Program-made: the position numbers and the translations under genes
Virus record (IMG/VR): IMGVR_UViG_2563366828_000009
Length of the DNA: 15,354 nucleotides
Source: a virus
Lineage: Duplodnaviria > Heunggongvirae > Uroviricota > Caudoviricetes
Strand: one strand, 5' to 3'
Part shown: in pieces, positions 1 to 7,229 of the stretch
Layout of the letters: each line of letters starts with the position of its first letter
How positions within the stretch are numbered: position 1 is the first letter of the stretch
Notes under the pieces: generated by a model
The model's database searches: none
Told to the model about the DNA's origin: nothing
The model's input: the letters and a program-made list of their open reading frames with translations, nothing else

Positions 1-19
1 CTATTTGATAAATATTAAA

Positions 20-1315
20 TTAATTTTTCATTGCTTCGTTATGGGGCATGGTTGGGGCAAACTCGCTTAACTGTGTATTTAACAAAGCTACCTGTGCATT
101 ATTGTTTTCAGACATCCATTTTCCGTATACCTGAAATACCATTTGCGCATCTGCATGGCCCATCTGGTTTGCTATAAATGCCGGGTTAGCACCAGCTGTC
201 AGCGACCAGCAGGCATAAGTATGTCTCGACTGATATGATTTTCGATGGCGGAGTCCGGCACGTTTTATCGCTGCGTCCCACATCTGCCTTATTGAGTCAA
301 CGGTAAAATGGTCACCATAATTTTTTACTCTCGCTGACACTTCAGGTTGAAAAACAAAGGTGCATTTTTGTTTTTCTGTTCTGCCATACTCTCTGAGGTG
401 AACATCAATGATATGCTCTTTGCTCAGTCTCGTTAATGTCATCTGACTCCGGAGAGCGTCGATTGCTGGCTTAATAAGATGAATGACCCGATTGGTTCCC
501 GCCTGTGTTTTTGGTACCGTGAAACGGTCTTTTGCTAAATTTCTCCTGATCATCATTGTTCCATTTTTCAGATCTATGTCCTCCCATCCAAGTGCACACA
601 GCTCACCAGGGCGAACGCCAGTATAAACAGAAACACACCATAAATTTTTGGCTTGCTGATTTCTGCACGCATCGATAAGACGGATGAATTCCTCCCGCGA
701 AAGAGGATCCGGAATGGTTCTTGATTCCTTTAATGGCGAGATCCCCTTAAACGGGTTATCTACCAGGTAACCGTTATCAACACCAAACTGGAACACGGCG
801 TTAAGATTTGTCATGTAATTATTTACAGTTACAGCCGATCTCCCTGGTTGTGTAACAATATAGTTACTTTTGGGGATCTGGTATCCAGTCAGTAGCTCTT
901 TACGAACCTCCAGTAATTTTTCTTTATTAATCGATGAGGCAAGATTTTTTTCACCGATTATGCTCAGGATATTTTTGATGACGGCACGGTATGTGTTGAG
1001 TGATGTTTTTGCGACTTCAGTTTCTTTCAGTGCCAGAAATTTTTCAGCCAGTTCTTTTATGGTTAAATCTTGTCGGGCCTCACCAAATTTTTCCAGATTG
1101 CGTGAGGAGGGAAACTGTTTTGCATAGTCGAAAACACCAGTTTTTATTGCGTAACAAACAGAGGCGCGTAGCTCACCTGCAACGCGCCTGTTTTTTGCTG
1201 TGTCAGGAACCCCCAGGTTTTCCCTGACTCTTACGCCTTTATAAACAAACCAGATACGTAATTTCCCTCCATGGTTTTCCACGCCTGTCGGATATTTCAT
1301 TTCAACTTCTCTCAT
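20..1315 (-). CDS. int: phage tyrosine integrase (lambda-type site-specific recombinase)
   Basis: 431-aa ORF. N-terminus MKYPTGVENHGGKLRIWFVYKGVRV resembles the arm-binding domain of lambdoid integrases; C-terminus (SRHTYACWSLTAGANPAFIANQMGHADAQMVFQVYGKW) resembles the tyrosine-recombinase catalytic region. Position is the prophage edge next to an excisionase-like gene. Start may be M6 (coordinate 1300), which has a GAGAAG-type RBS. Confidence 0.85.
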   Translation of the reverse strand: MREVEMKYPTGVENHGGKLRIWFVYKGVRVRENLGVPDTAKNRRVAGELRASVCYAIKTGVFDYAKQFPSSRNLEKFGEARQDLTIKELAEKFLALKETEVAKTSLNTYRAVIKNILSIIGEKNLASSINKEKLLEVRKELLTGYQIPKSNYIVTQPGRSAVTVNNYMTNLNAVFQFGVDNGYLVDNPFKGISPLKESRTIPDPLSREEFIRLIDACRNQQAKNLWCVSVYTGVRPGELCALGWEDIDLKNGTMMIRRNLAKDRFTVPKTQAGTNRVIHLIKPAIDALRSQMTLTRLSKEHIIDVHLREYGRTEKQKCTFVFQPEVSARVKNYGDHFTVDSIRQMWDAAIKRAGLRHRKSYQSRHTYACWSLTAGANPAFIANQMGHADAQMVFQVYGKWMSENNNAQVALLNTQLSEFAPTMPHNEAMKN

Positions 1316-1334
1316 TAGTTAGTGTGGCTTTTAG

Positions 1335-1586
1335 TCAAGTAAGATGACGTCTTGGTCTTGCTGATGCCTGGCGCTCAATCCAGCGATCAATTTCTTCCAG
1401 GTTGTAAAAGCATGGACTGTTATCCCATGGCATACCGTCATGAGCGACATGCTTATATTCCCTTCCTTCCATAAACGATTTTTCCCGGGCCTTTTTTAAC
1501 GTACCTTTTTTTATTCCTTTCAGCGCAATTAACTGCTCTTCGGATACCCATTTGCCGGGAGAGACAATCATGATTACTTCGCTCAT
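1335..1586 (-). CDS. xis: excisionase-like small DNA-binding protein
   Basis: 83-aa ORF immediately upstream of int on the same strand. Motif WVSEEQLIALKGIKKGTLKKAREKSFMEGREY resembles putative excisionase families of enterobacterial prophages, recalled from memory. RBS is weak and the start could be M6. Confidence 0.6.
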   Translation of the reverse strand: MSEVIMIVSPGKWVSEEQLIALKGIKKGTLKKAREKSFMEGREYKHVAHDGMPWDNSPCFYNLEEIDRWIERQASARPRRHLT

Positions 1587-1658
1587 CGATTTCTTTATCT
1601 CTTATATTAGACGAGCGCCGGTTGCAGAATACCAGTCACAACCGGCGACAGTTGAACA

Positions 1659-4130
1659 TTAAGAATCAGCCTGACTCGGGATCAGTTTTTGCCAGATAAC
1701 TGAAACGTATTTTGCCTGGTAACGGGCGTCATCAAGTGCATTATGGCGCTCACCTTCGAATTGAATAGCCGTTCTGGCATCGAAGTCTATGGCTTTCCCC
1801 AGCTCAACGATTGTGCGTACATCGCGATCGTTGTAGTAACGCCACGGGCAGGGGATCCCCTGCCGTTCGTATGAACGGCGCAAAATCGTGTTGTCGAAGT
1901 TGGCTCCATTTCCCCAGACCTGAACAAAAAATTCACCGGAGTTTTCGTCGATAAATTCCCGCAATTGTAACAGTGCATCATCTAACGGGATTTCATCGGT
2001 CATAATGGCAGATTGCGCTTCGCGTGATTGCTTAAACCACCATTTAATGGTGTCCCGATCAATGACTCCGCCAGCAGTTTCCAGATCGATAGTCTTAATA
2101 AATTCCGGTCCCATATCTCCGGTTTGCGGATCGAAAAATATTGCACCTATTGAGATGATCGGGGCATCAGGATTTTTTCCCATGGTTTCAAGGTCGATCA
2201 TTAGATGGTCACACGTCCTGCTGGTGGATGTGATTTCGTGATGACCGTTCACCTTAATTGAGTGATCTGCCGTCTCGCCAGTTTCATTATCGCTATCGTG
2301 ATGCTGATTGCCGCCAGTGTTCTCCTTGTGTGGATGTTCAGCGCCTTCCATTTTCTCCGGATCATCTTCCTGAACTTCAACCTGATACTCTTCATCGAAT
2401 GTTTCCTGGTATGTTGCGTCGCCCATTACCGCGCCACAATCAGGGCAGTTGCCGCCGCCGGTCTGACCGCAGGCGGTGCAGACTTTTTCCACTTCCTGTT
2501 GCGCCACTGATTCAGGCTGTTTCGTTTCTGGCTCGTTTTGTAACGCATTTGGGCTGTTTTGTTCCGCTTTTTGGTAGTTCCGTTCCGATTCATGCTGGTT
2601 CTGGTTCACAGAATCGCGGGTCTGGATCCCCTTAACCCATTTCGGATCATTCGGGTCACTAATCCCTTCAACAAATTCACCACGTGATGCAGCAAGCAAC
2701 TTATCGGCGTCAGGCTGGATGATATTGGCTGCCTGCATAATTTTGTTTACTTCGTCAGCGGTAACTTTTATCGGCTCTGGTTGTTCTGAATCTTCAGCGG
2801 TATCTACATTTTGCGGTAAGCCCGTGTATGTGCCATTTTTTCGGGCAAAATATTCTTCTTTTGTGATTTCAGTGGCGCCAGCAGCCAGTGCCTTATCCAG
2901 ACCAGAAAGTTTGTTTGCGCGACCGTATTTTTCTCCGTCCTTATCTGCGAAGAGGAAATAGAACGGCCCCTCACGCTCTACAGATGGTTCAGCTTCCGGC
3001 GCGGTTTCATTTTTTGGGATATCAGATACCTCAGTTTCCACTGCATCAGTTTGTGTTTCTGATGACTGGAGAACATCAACAGTGCCCAGGTCTGTTTCTT
3101 CATTCTCAAACACGCCCTTTGTCGTCAGGTATTCGCAGATATATTTGTTCAGTGCTACGGGATCTTTGTGAATGTCGATCGGACGTTCACGGACAAGGCC
3201 AAAAATAGTTTGGCGGTCGTAGCGAAGGGCATCAGGCTGTTTGCGCATTGATGCCGAGATACGCTTCCAGTCTTCGCGGTCGTTATCGATAACTTCATTT
3301 TTTGCCCAGCGATGGATGCTGCCGTCAATGTTTCCGGCATCCACATCACCAGGCCAGAGAGCGTAGGCCAGTTCGTCATCCAGTGTTTTCCATGTCTGCT
3401 TGTATTCGCGATGAATGGCAGCAATGACCGGGCTGATTTTTCCTGTTGAATTTTCAGTGTACTGTTGATTGGCTCTGGCGCGGGCGAGATCAACAACAGA
3501 CGTGTATTTTCCGGTTTCCTTGCGTTCACCTTCGCGACGTTTTTTCCAGATGCGCATCTCTGCCTGAATTTCGGGCCATTTAGCACCAGGAATACATTTA
3601 TGCTTAACCCACCCAATGGCGTGCAACTTAAGCTCCGGATACATGGCGTTAACTTCTGGCATTTTCATCAACGCTTCAACGATATGTCCGTCGAATGTTG
3701 CCATGTCTTCCTGCAACAATTCCTGTGCGCTAATAACCATATCAACGGTGATGTTTTCACATGTGTCGAACTTAACCATGACAGCGTTCTGTACTTCAGG
3801 GGCCAGCTTGTCAAAAGTGACGTTCATCGGATCGGATTCAGTCTCAACCGGGACAAAAGAAGCAGACTCCTCATCCCAGCGGTTTTCCTGCATATATTCA
3901 GCATCCCATGAATCGAGGGCAGGGCGGGGTATGCCAGGTTTATCCTCGCAGACAATAAATTTATAAGCGCAGTCCTGAGCAGCCGGATAATGTTCCAGGA
4001 ATTGCCAGTGAAATTTTGCTCGAGCACGGCGTTCGTCGCCAGCTTCAATGGCTGTGGCTACAGCCACAGCGCCTTCTTCCCTTGTTGCCAGTTCGTCAGG
4101 AATAGCGGCGCAAATAAAGACTTTACTCAT
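1659..4130 (-). CDS. RecE-like exodeoxyribonuclease VIII-family prophage protein with C-terminal DnaQ-like (DEDDh-type) exonuclease domain
   Basis: 823-aa ORF. C-terminal ~180 aa carry three motifs typical of DEDDh 3'-5' exonucleases: DHLMIDLETMG, VWGNGANFDNTIL and HNALDDARYQAKY. The middle region has acidic low-complexity stretches and a CTACGQTGGGNCPDCG zinc-ribbon-like motif, as I recall for RecE-type proteins. Position (between xis and the dicB operon) is where lambdoid exo/recE genes sit. Confidence 0.75.
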   Translation of the reverse strand: MSKVFICAAIPDELATREEGAVAVATAIEAGDERRARAKFHWQFLEHYPAAQDCAYKFIVCEDKPGIPRPALDSWDAEYMQENRWDEESASFVPVETESDPMNVTFDKLAPEVQNAVMVKFDTCENITVDMVISAQELLQEDMATFDGHIVEALMKMPEVNAMYPELKLHAIGWVKHKCIPGAKWPEIQAEMRIWKKRREGERKETGKYTSVVDLARARANQQYTENSTGKISPVIAAIHREYKQTWKTLDDELAYALWPGDVDAGNIDGSIHRWAKNEVIDNDREDWKRISASMRKQPDALRYDRQTIFGLVRERPIDIHKDPVALNKYICEYLTTKGVFENEETDLGTVDVLQSSETQTDAVETEVSDIPKNETAPEAEPSVEREGPFYFLFADKDGEKYGRANKLSGLDKALAAGATEITKEEYFARKNGTYTGLPQNVDTAEDSEQPEPIKVTADEVNKIMQAANIIQPDADKLLAASRGEFVEGISDPNDPKWVKGIQTRDSVNQNQHESERNYQKAEQNSPNALQNEPETKQPESVAQQEVEKVCTACGQTGGGNCPDCGAVMGDATYQETFDEEYQVEVQEDDPEKMEGAEHPHKENTGGNQHHDSDNETGETADHSIKVNGHHEITSTSRTCDHLMIDLETMGKNPDAPIISIGAIFFDPQTGDMGPEFIKTIDLETAGGVIDRDTIKWWFKQSREAQSAIMTDEIPLDDALLQLREFIDENSGEFFVQVWGNGANFDNTILRRSYERQGIPCPWRYYNDRDVRTIVELGKAIDFDARTAIQFEGERHNALDDARYQAKYVSVIWQKLIPSQADS

Positions 4131-4223
4131 TTTGTTTTAACCTCATGACAGATTTAAGGATGAACAAATCCCTGCCATTGCTGGCATATAAGAATGAAAC
4201 CGGATATTTATTACGGAACTGTT

Positions 4224-4415
4224 TTAAAGACCTGCCGGGATTTCGATATTATACTGGTGAATAACTTTATCGACCGGGTAACAGTTACCGGGAATTTTCT
4301 GTTCGGTTGCTGCAGTCATACACTCCTGCATTGTCCTGTGAACACTGACTGCAATATCAACTGGCTCTCCGGAAACAAGAAAAACTGTCAGAACAAGCGC
4401 AAATGCTGAATTCAT
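4224..4415 (-). CDS. ydfD: YdfD-like small secreted/membrane lysis-associated protein
   Basis: 63-aa product starting MNSAFALVLTVFLVSGEPVD with a signal-peptide-like N-terminus. Its ATG overlaps the dicB stop (ATGA). Matches my recollection of Qin YdfD in sequence and position. The ORF track gives a longer 81-aa frame from an upstream ATG. Confidence 0.6.
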   Translation of the reverse strand: MNSAFALVLTVFLVSGEPVDIAVSVHRTMQECMTAATEQKIPGNCYPVDKVIHQYNIEIPAGL

Positions 4416-4600
4416 TGTGCACATCCTTTTGGCATCAGACGTAAACGAGCCAGCATTGAAACAATGCATATTTTATTTAATAGCTCCCGTTCTTGTTTTC
4501 TCTTGTTAATGGCATCTTCAGTAAATACAGGGTTACTGATAGTGACACCAATTTCAAAACAACCTTCAGACGTATTAACGTTTGGTAATAACGTTTTCAT
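4412..4600 (-). CDS. dicB: cell division inhibitor DicB
   Basis: 62-aa product MKTLLPNVNTSEGCFEIGVTISNPVFTEDAINKRKQERELLNKICIVSMLARLRLMPKGCAQ starting at the internal ATG (4598-4600), which has a GAGGA RBS 7 nt upstream. Lies directly downstream of the DicF sRNA on the same strand, as in the Qin dicB operon. Confidence 0.7.
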   Translation of the reverse strand: MKTLLPNVNTSEGCFEIGVTISNPVFTEDAINKRKQERELLNKICIVSMLARLRLMPKGCAQ

Positions 4601-4767
4601 TATCGCGTCCTCAACAATGAATTTTGTGATGCAGTGCCTGGTGCCTCCAGGTGACGTTAACCAGTTAACAATTAACGCCGGATACAGAGAATCCACCCAT
4701 AACACTGTTTTTGGTTTTAACTGTTCCGCGTGCGCTTAGCCGCATTCACCGCATCACAAAATTCACT

Positions 4768-4826
4768 TTAAAAACGGCGGCAGAGCAGTCACGGAGTAAA
4801 ACTGATACCGCCAAACGTCACCAGAA
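4768..4826 (-). ncRNA. dicF: DicF small regulatory RNA (Hfq-dependent sRNA of the dicB operon; targets ftsZ and other mRNAs)
   Basis: Reverse complement of 4767-4826 reads TTTCTGGTGACGTTTGGCGGTATCAGTTTTACTCCGTGACTGCTCTGCCGCCGTTTTTAAA, matching the DicF sequence I recall, including the 3' GC stem (GGCGG...CCGCC) and U-tract. Located between the ydfB/C-like region and dicB. Confidence 0.75.
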
Positions 4827-5086
4827 AATTGATAACAGAGGGCGTTGCAGCGGGGTTGTCGCTTAAGCGTATGGTCAACCTGACAACTCGGTGTCCTCAA
4901 CGGGGAAGGAATAACCCCGCCATACTTACCGCCGCGCCATTTCGCGGGTTGCCACAACCGGAAGCGCACGGTCGAATTAAATTTGACGACACCGTACAGT
5001 GAGACGAACTTCGCCGTGCGCTTTCGTGTTGTGTGCCTGCTTTTAACCACGTCAGGCGAGGTGGTATCCTTAAAATCACCACAGTT

Positions 5087-5662
5087 TTAAGGATTCATTA
5101 AGCAATGTCGCAACCACCAATAAATCCGCTTAAGAACATGAAAATTGATTACTGGTATAAAGCGCTTACAGTTGTTGGCGCTGCGTTGTTTGTCTTTAAT
5201 GGAACGTCTTTTTTTGACAGATATCCCGTTGTTCCATTGGTTTTTTTGTCCTCCGGCATCTTTTTTATTGGTTTGGGGGAGTGGATTAATCACCCTCTCA
5301 AAGTGAGATTTATTGGTCCTGGAGTTTGGACTCGTGGATATAATCGTTCTTCGTGCGCACTCGGTATCATCTTCGACATACTTGGTTGTTTCCTGATTGT
5401 TACAGGAGTCGTCAAGTTCTTCTGATGTAAAACCGCAAATGGGGCACGTAACGGGAATTTTGAAAAGCGTTTCTCCGGGTTCCAGAACAAAATTTTCTGC
5501 GGTCTGATTTTGCTTCTCATATTTGTGCTCCGCGTCATTGTGAGAGCGCATTCTTATTCTGAGTGCCTGTTTAAACTCACTGAAGCTGAGAGCTTCTTCG
5601 CCTTCGGCAAGGCCTTCGAAGTATTCTTCGTAAGCCTTTTCCATGATTGTGTCGAAATCCAT
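5087..5662 (-). CDS. YdfB/YdfC-like dicB-operon protein; extent and frame uncertain
   Basis: N-terminus MDFDTIMEKAYEEYFEGLAEGEEALSFSEFKQALRI has an AGGTGA RBS and starts next to the ydfA stop. The C-terminal half is K/R/N-rich low complexity and lies antisense to a membrane-protein-like + strand ORF (5105..5425), so the true end or frame may differ. Confidence 0.35.
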   Translation of the reverse strand: MDFDTIMEKAYEEYFEGLAEGEEALSFSEFKQALRIRMRSHNDAEHKYEKQNQTAENFVLEPGETLFKIPVTCPICGFTSEELDDSCNNQETTKYVEDDTECARRTIISTSPNSRTNKSHFERVINPLPQTNKKDAGGQKNQWNNGISVKKRRSIKDKQRSANNCKRFIPVINFHVLKRIYWWLRHCLMNP

Positions 5663-5663
5663 A

Positions 5664-5819
5664 TCACTCACCTGAGTTTCTTTCCAGCCAGCGACGGGCA
5701 CCATTTTCGGTTTTAAACGTTTTGCTTTTGGTATACGTCATTGCGGTGAACGTGCCGTCCTGGTTTGGAAACACGCCGTACACCAGAGATTCGTTGTTGC
5801 CAAGATCGATAGTATCCAT
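5664..5819 (-). CDS. ydfA: YdfA-like small protein, first gene of the dicB operon
   Basis: 51-aa product MDTIDLGNNESLVYGVFPNQDGTFTAMTYTKSKTFKTENGARRWLERNSGE from the internal ATG at 5817-5819. Sits immediately downstream of the dicA-like repressor gene and an operator copy. Confidence 0.6.
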   Translation of the reverse strand: MDTIDLGNNESLVYGVFPNQDGTFTAMTYTKSKTFKTENGARRWLERNSGE

Positions 5820-5934
5820 GCTGACCTCATTTCCCCTTAACGCCGGGGTAGCGGAACTGTTTGCTGAGAACACCGTGCGGTGTGTTGATGGAGGTAATTT
5901 AGTTTTCTCATTATTTTTCGTCAAGGCTTTTTGA

Positions 5935-5947
5935 TGAGAAAACTCAA
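5935..5947. promoter_or_regulatory. candidate repressor operator (copy B) upstream of the dicB operon
   Basis: 13-bp core TGAGAAAACTCAA with inverted-repeat arms TGAG/CTCA, identical to the core at 6471-6483 in the repressor/cro intergenic region; flanks also similar (GTATTGG versus TACTGG). Confidence 0.45.
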
Positions 5948-6011
5948 GTATTGGCGCAAGATAAAGCCAATACATTGAAATGTAAGGCTTTAAAATTTTG
6001 TGAAGGGATGA

Positions 6012-6419
6012 TTATTGATGCTTGTTGCGTTTGCGAGCCTCTAATAGCTCGGTGAACAGGCGATTAAAATTCTCAACGCGGGCGCGGAGTTCGCTGAGTT
6101 GTGCTTGTTGCTCTGATTTAGGAAGTGCGCGATACAAACGCAGCATCTCTAACTCATCTTCCGATAAGTCTAAGGCACTATCGAGTGAAACAGGGGGAGC
6201 TGGTGTTTTGTCCTCGTCGCCAAACAGTATCCAGGTTGGTGAACATTGCAATACCTCGGCGAGGCGATGCAAATTTTGCCCGCGCGGGGCTGTATGGTCA
6301 CTTTCCCATAATGAAATTGATGAGCCAGATACGCCAGCAGCTTTGCTTAAACCGTTTTGACTTAAACCTACCTGCTTACGTCTTTCTCTAATGCGTTGAC
6401 CTAAAGTTTTCTCGTTCAT
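6012..6419 (-). CDS. dicA: DicA-like HTH (XRE/cI-family) prophage repressor
   Basis: 135-aa product from the internal ATG at 6417-6419 (MNEKTLGQRIRERRKQVGLSQNGLSKAAGVS...LAEVLQCSPTWILFGDEDK...). Has an N-terminal helix-turn-helix and is divergent from a Cro-like gene. Closely resembles K-12 DicA as I recall it. The ORF track's longer frame (to 6470) would overlap the divergent promoter. Confidence 0.8.
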   Translation of the reverse strand: MNEKTLGQRIRERRKQVGLSQNGLSKAAGVSGSSISLWESDHTAPRGQNLHRLAEVLQCSPTWILFGDEDKTPAPPVSLDSALDLSEDELEMLRLYRALPKSEQQAQLSELRARVENFNRLFTELLEARKRNKHQ

Positions 6420-6440
6420 ATTTAGATATCTTAATAACCC

Positions 6441-6470
6441 TTGACTTGAGATTCCTTGAGTGATTAGCAT
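6441..6470 (+). promoter_or_regulatory. candidate rightward promoter for the cro-like gene
   Basis: TTGACT (6441-6446), 18-bp spacer, TAGCAT (6465-6470). The operator inverted repeat overlaps the -10 and start region; GGAGG RBS at 6489 and ATG at 6497 follow. Confidence 0.35.
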
Positions 6471-6483
6471 TGAGAAAACTCAA
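6470..6483. promoter_or_regulatory. candidate repressor operator (copy A) between divergent repressor and cro-like genes
   Basis: Inverted repeat TTGAG-AAAA-CTCAA; its 13-bp core is identical to 5935-5947. Confidence 0.45.
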
Positions 6484-6496
6484 TACTGGAGGTGCG

Positions 6497-6724
6497 ATGT
6501 TTAAATCAGACGTAATTAATTTTTACGGTACGAAAGCCAAAGTAGCGAAAGCTGCTGGCGTTGACCCATCTGCTGTTTCTCAATGGCAAGAGCTGGTTCC
6601 TGAAGGTCGCGCGATGCGTCTACAGGAGGCATCTGGCGGCGAGCTTCTGTATGATCCCAAGGTTTATGACGAATATCGTAAGACGAAGCGGGCGGGGCGG
6701 TTGAACAATGAAAATCACTCCTGA
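6497..6724 (+). CDS. dicC: DicC-like Cro-type regulator
   Basis: 75-aa product from the ATG at 6497 with a GGAGG RBS (MFKSDVINFYGTKAKVAKAAGVDPSAVSQWQ...). Helix-turn-helix region typical of Cro/YdaS-like proteins; divergent from the repressor. Confidence 0.8.
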   Translation: MFKSDVINFYGTKAKVAKAAGVDPSAVSQWQELVPEGRAMRLQEASGGELLYDPKVYDEYRKTKRAGRLNNENHS

Positions 6725-7229
6725 ACAGGCTCGTGAGGCTCTGGATGCCTGGATATGTCGACCAGGAATGACACAGGAGCAGGCGACGATATTAATCACT
6801 GAAGCATTCTGGGCTTTGAAAGAGCGCCCGAACATCGATGTTCAGCGTGTCACAGATGAAGGTGGCGCGGTTGATCAGCGAGCGCTTGGCGTTAATCGAG
6901 TGAAGATATTCGAACGCTGGAAGGCTATCGACACCAGGGATAAGCGTGAAAAGTTCACGGCGCTAGTGCCTGCAATTATGGAGGCTATCCGGATTAATGA
7001 TTTCAGGTTGTATCGTGAAATTAGTGACGGAAAAAGCATCACGTACATGATCGCCGGGTTAAACAAAGAATATGGCGATGTGGTGGAGTCCGGACTGCTT
7101 TTTGCTGATCCTGCCGTAGTGGATCGTGAAACTGACGAACTTATAGAAAAAGCAATTGCTTTCAAACTTGCGTATCGACAGCAATACCAACAAAAAGCTG
7201 GATGGAATTATGAGCCTTCTTTTTGCTGA
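6708..7229 (+). CDS. hypothetical early-operon protein in the cII position (possible YdaT-like regulator)
   Basis: 173-aa ORF. Start overlaps the cro-like stop and its end overlaps the start of the O-like gene, suggesting translational coupling within the early right operon. No recognisable catalytic motif; functional call is positional only. Confidence 0.5.
   Translation: MKITPEQAREALDAWICRPGMTQEQATILITEAFWALKERPNIDVQRVTDEGGAVDQRALGVNRVKIFERWKAIDTRDKREKFTALVPAIMEAIRINDFRLYREISDGKSITYMIAGLNKEYGDVVESGLLFADPAVVDRETDELIEKAIAFKLAYRQQYQQKAGWNYEPSFC

Noticed and set aside
1-19. Possible prophage attachment site (attL) or flanking tRNA at the left edge.
   Set aside because: The window begins only 19 bp before the integrase stop codon, so there is too little sequence to identify an att core or tRNA.
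1787-4048. Many 60-150-aa ORFs inside and antisense to the 823-aa exonuclease gene (for example 1787..1981, 2005..2241, 2258..2635, 2888..3208, 3155..3616, 3465..3911, 3616..3966).
   Set aside because: All are embedded in or antisense to a long, motif-supported ORF, and none has a recognisable motif or convincing RBS; treated as shadow ORFs.
4763-5082. ORFs 4763..5050 and 4897..5082 on the - strand.
   Set aside because: The first overlaps the DicF sRNA and both fall in its precursor or leader region, which is expected to be non-coding RNA processed by RNases.
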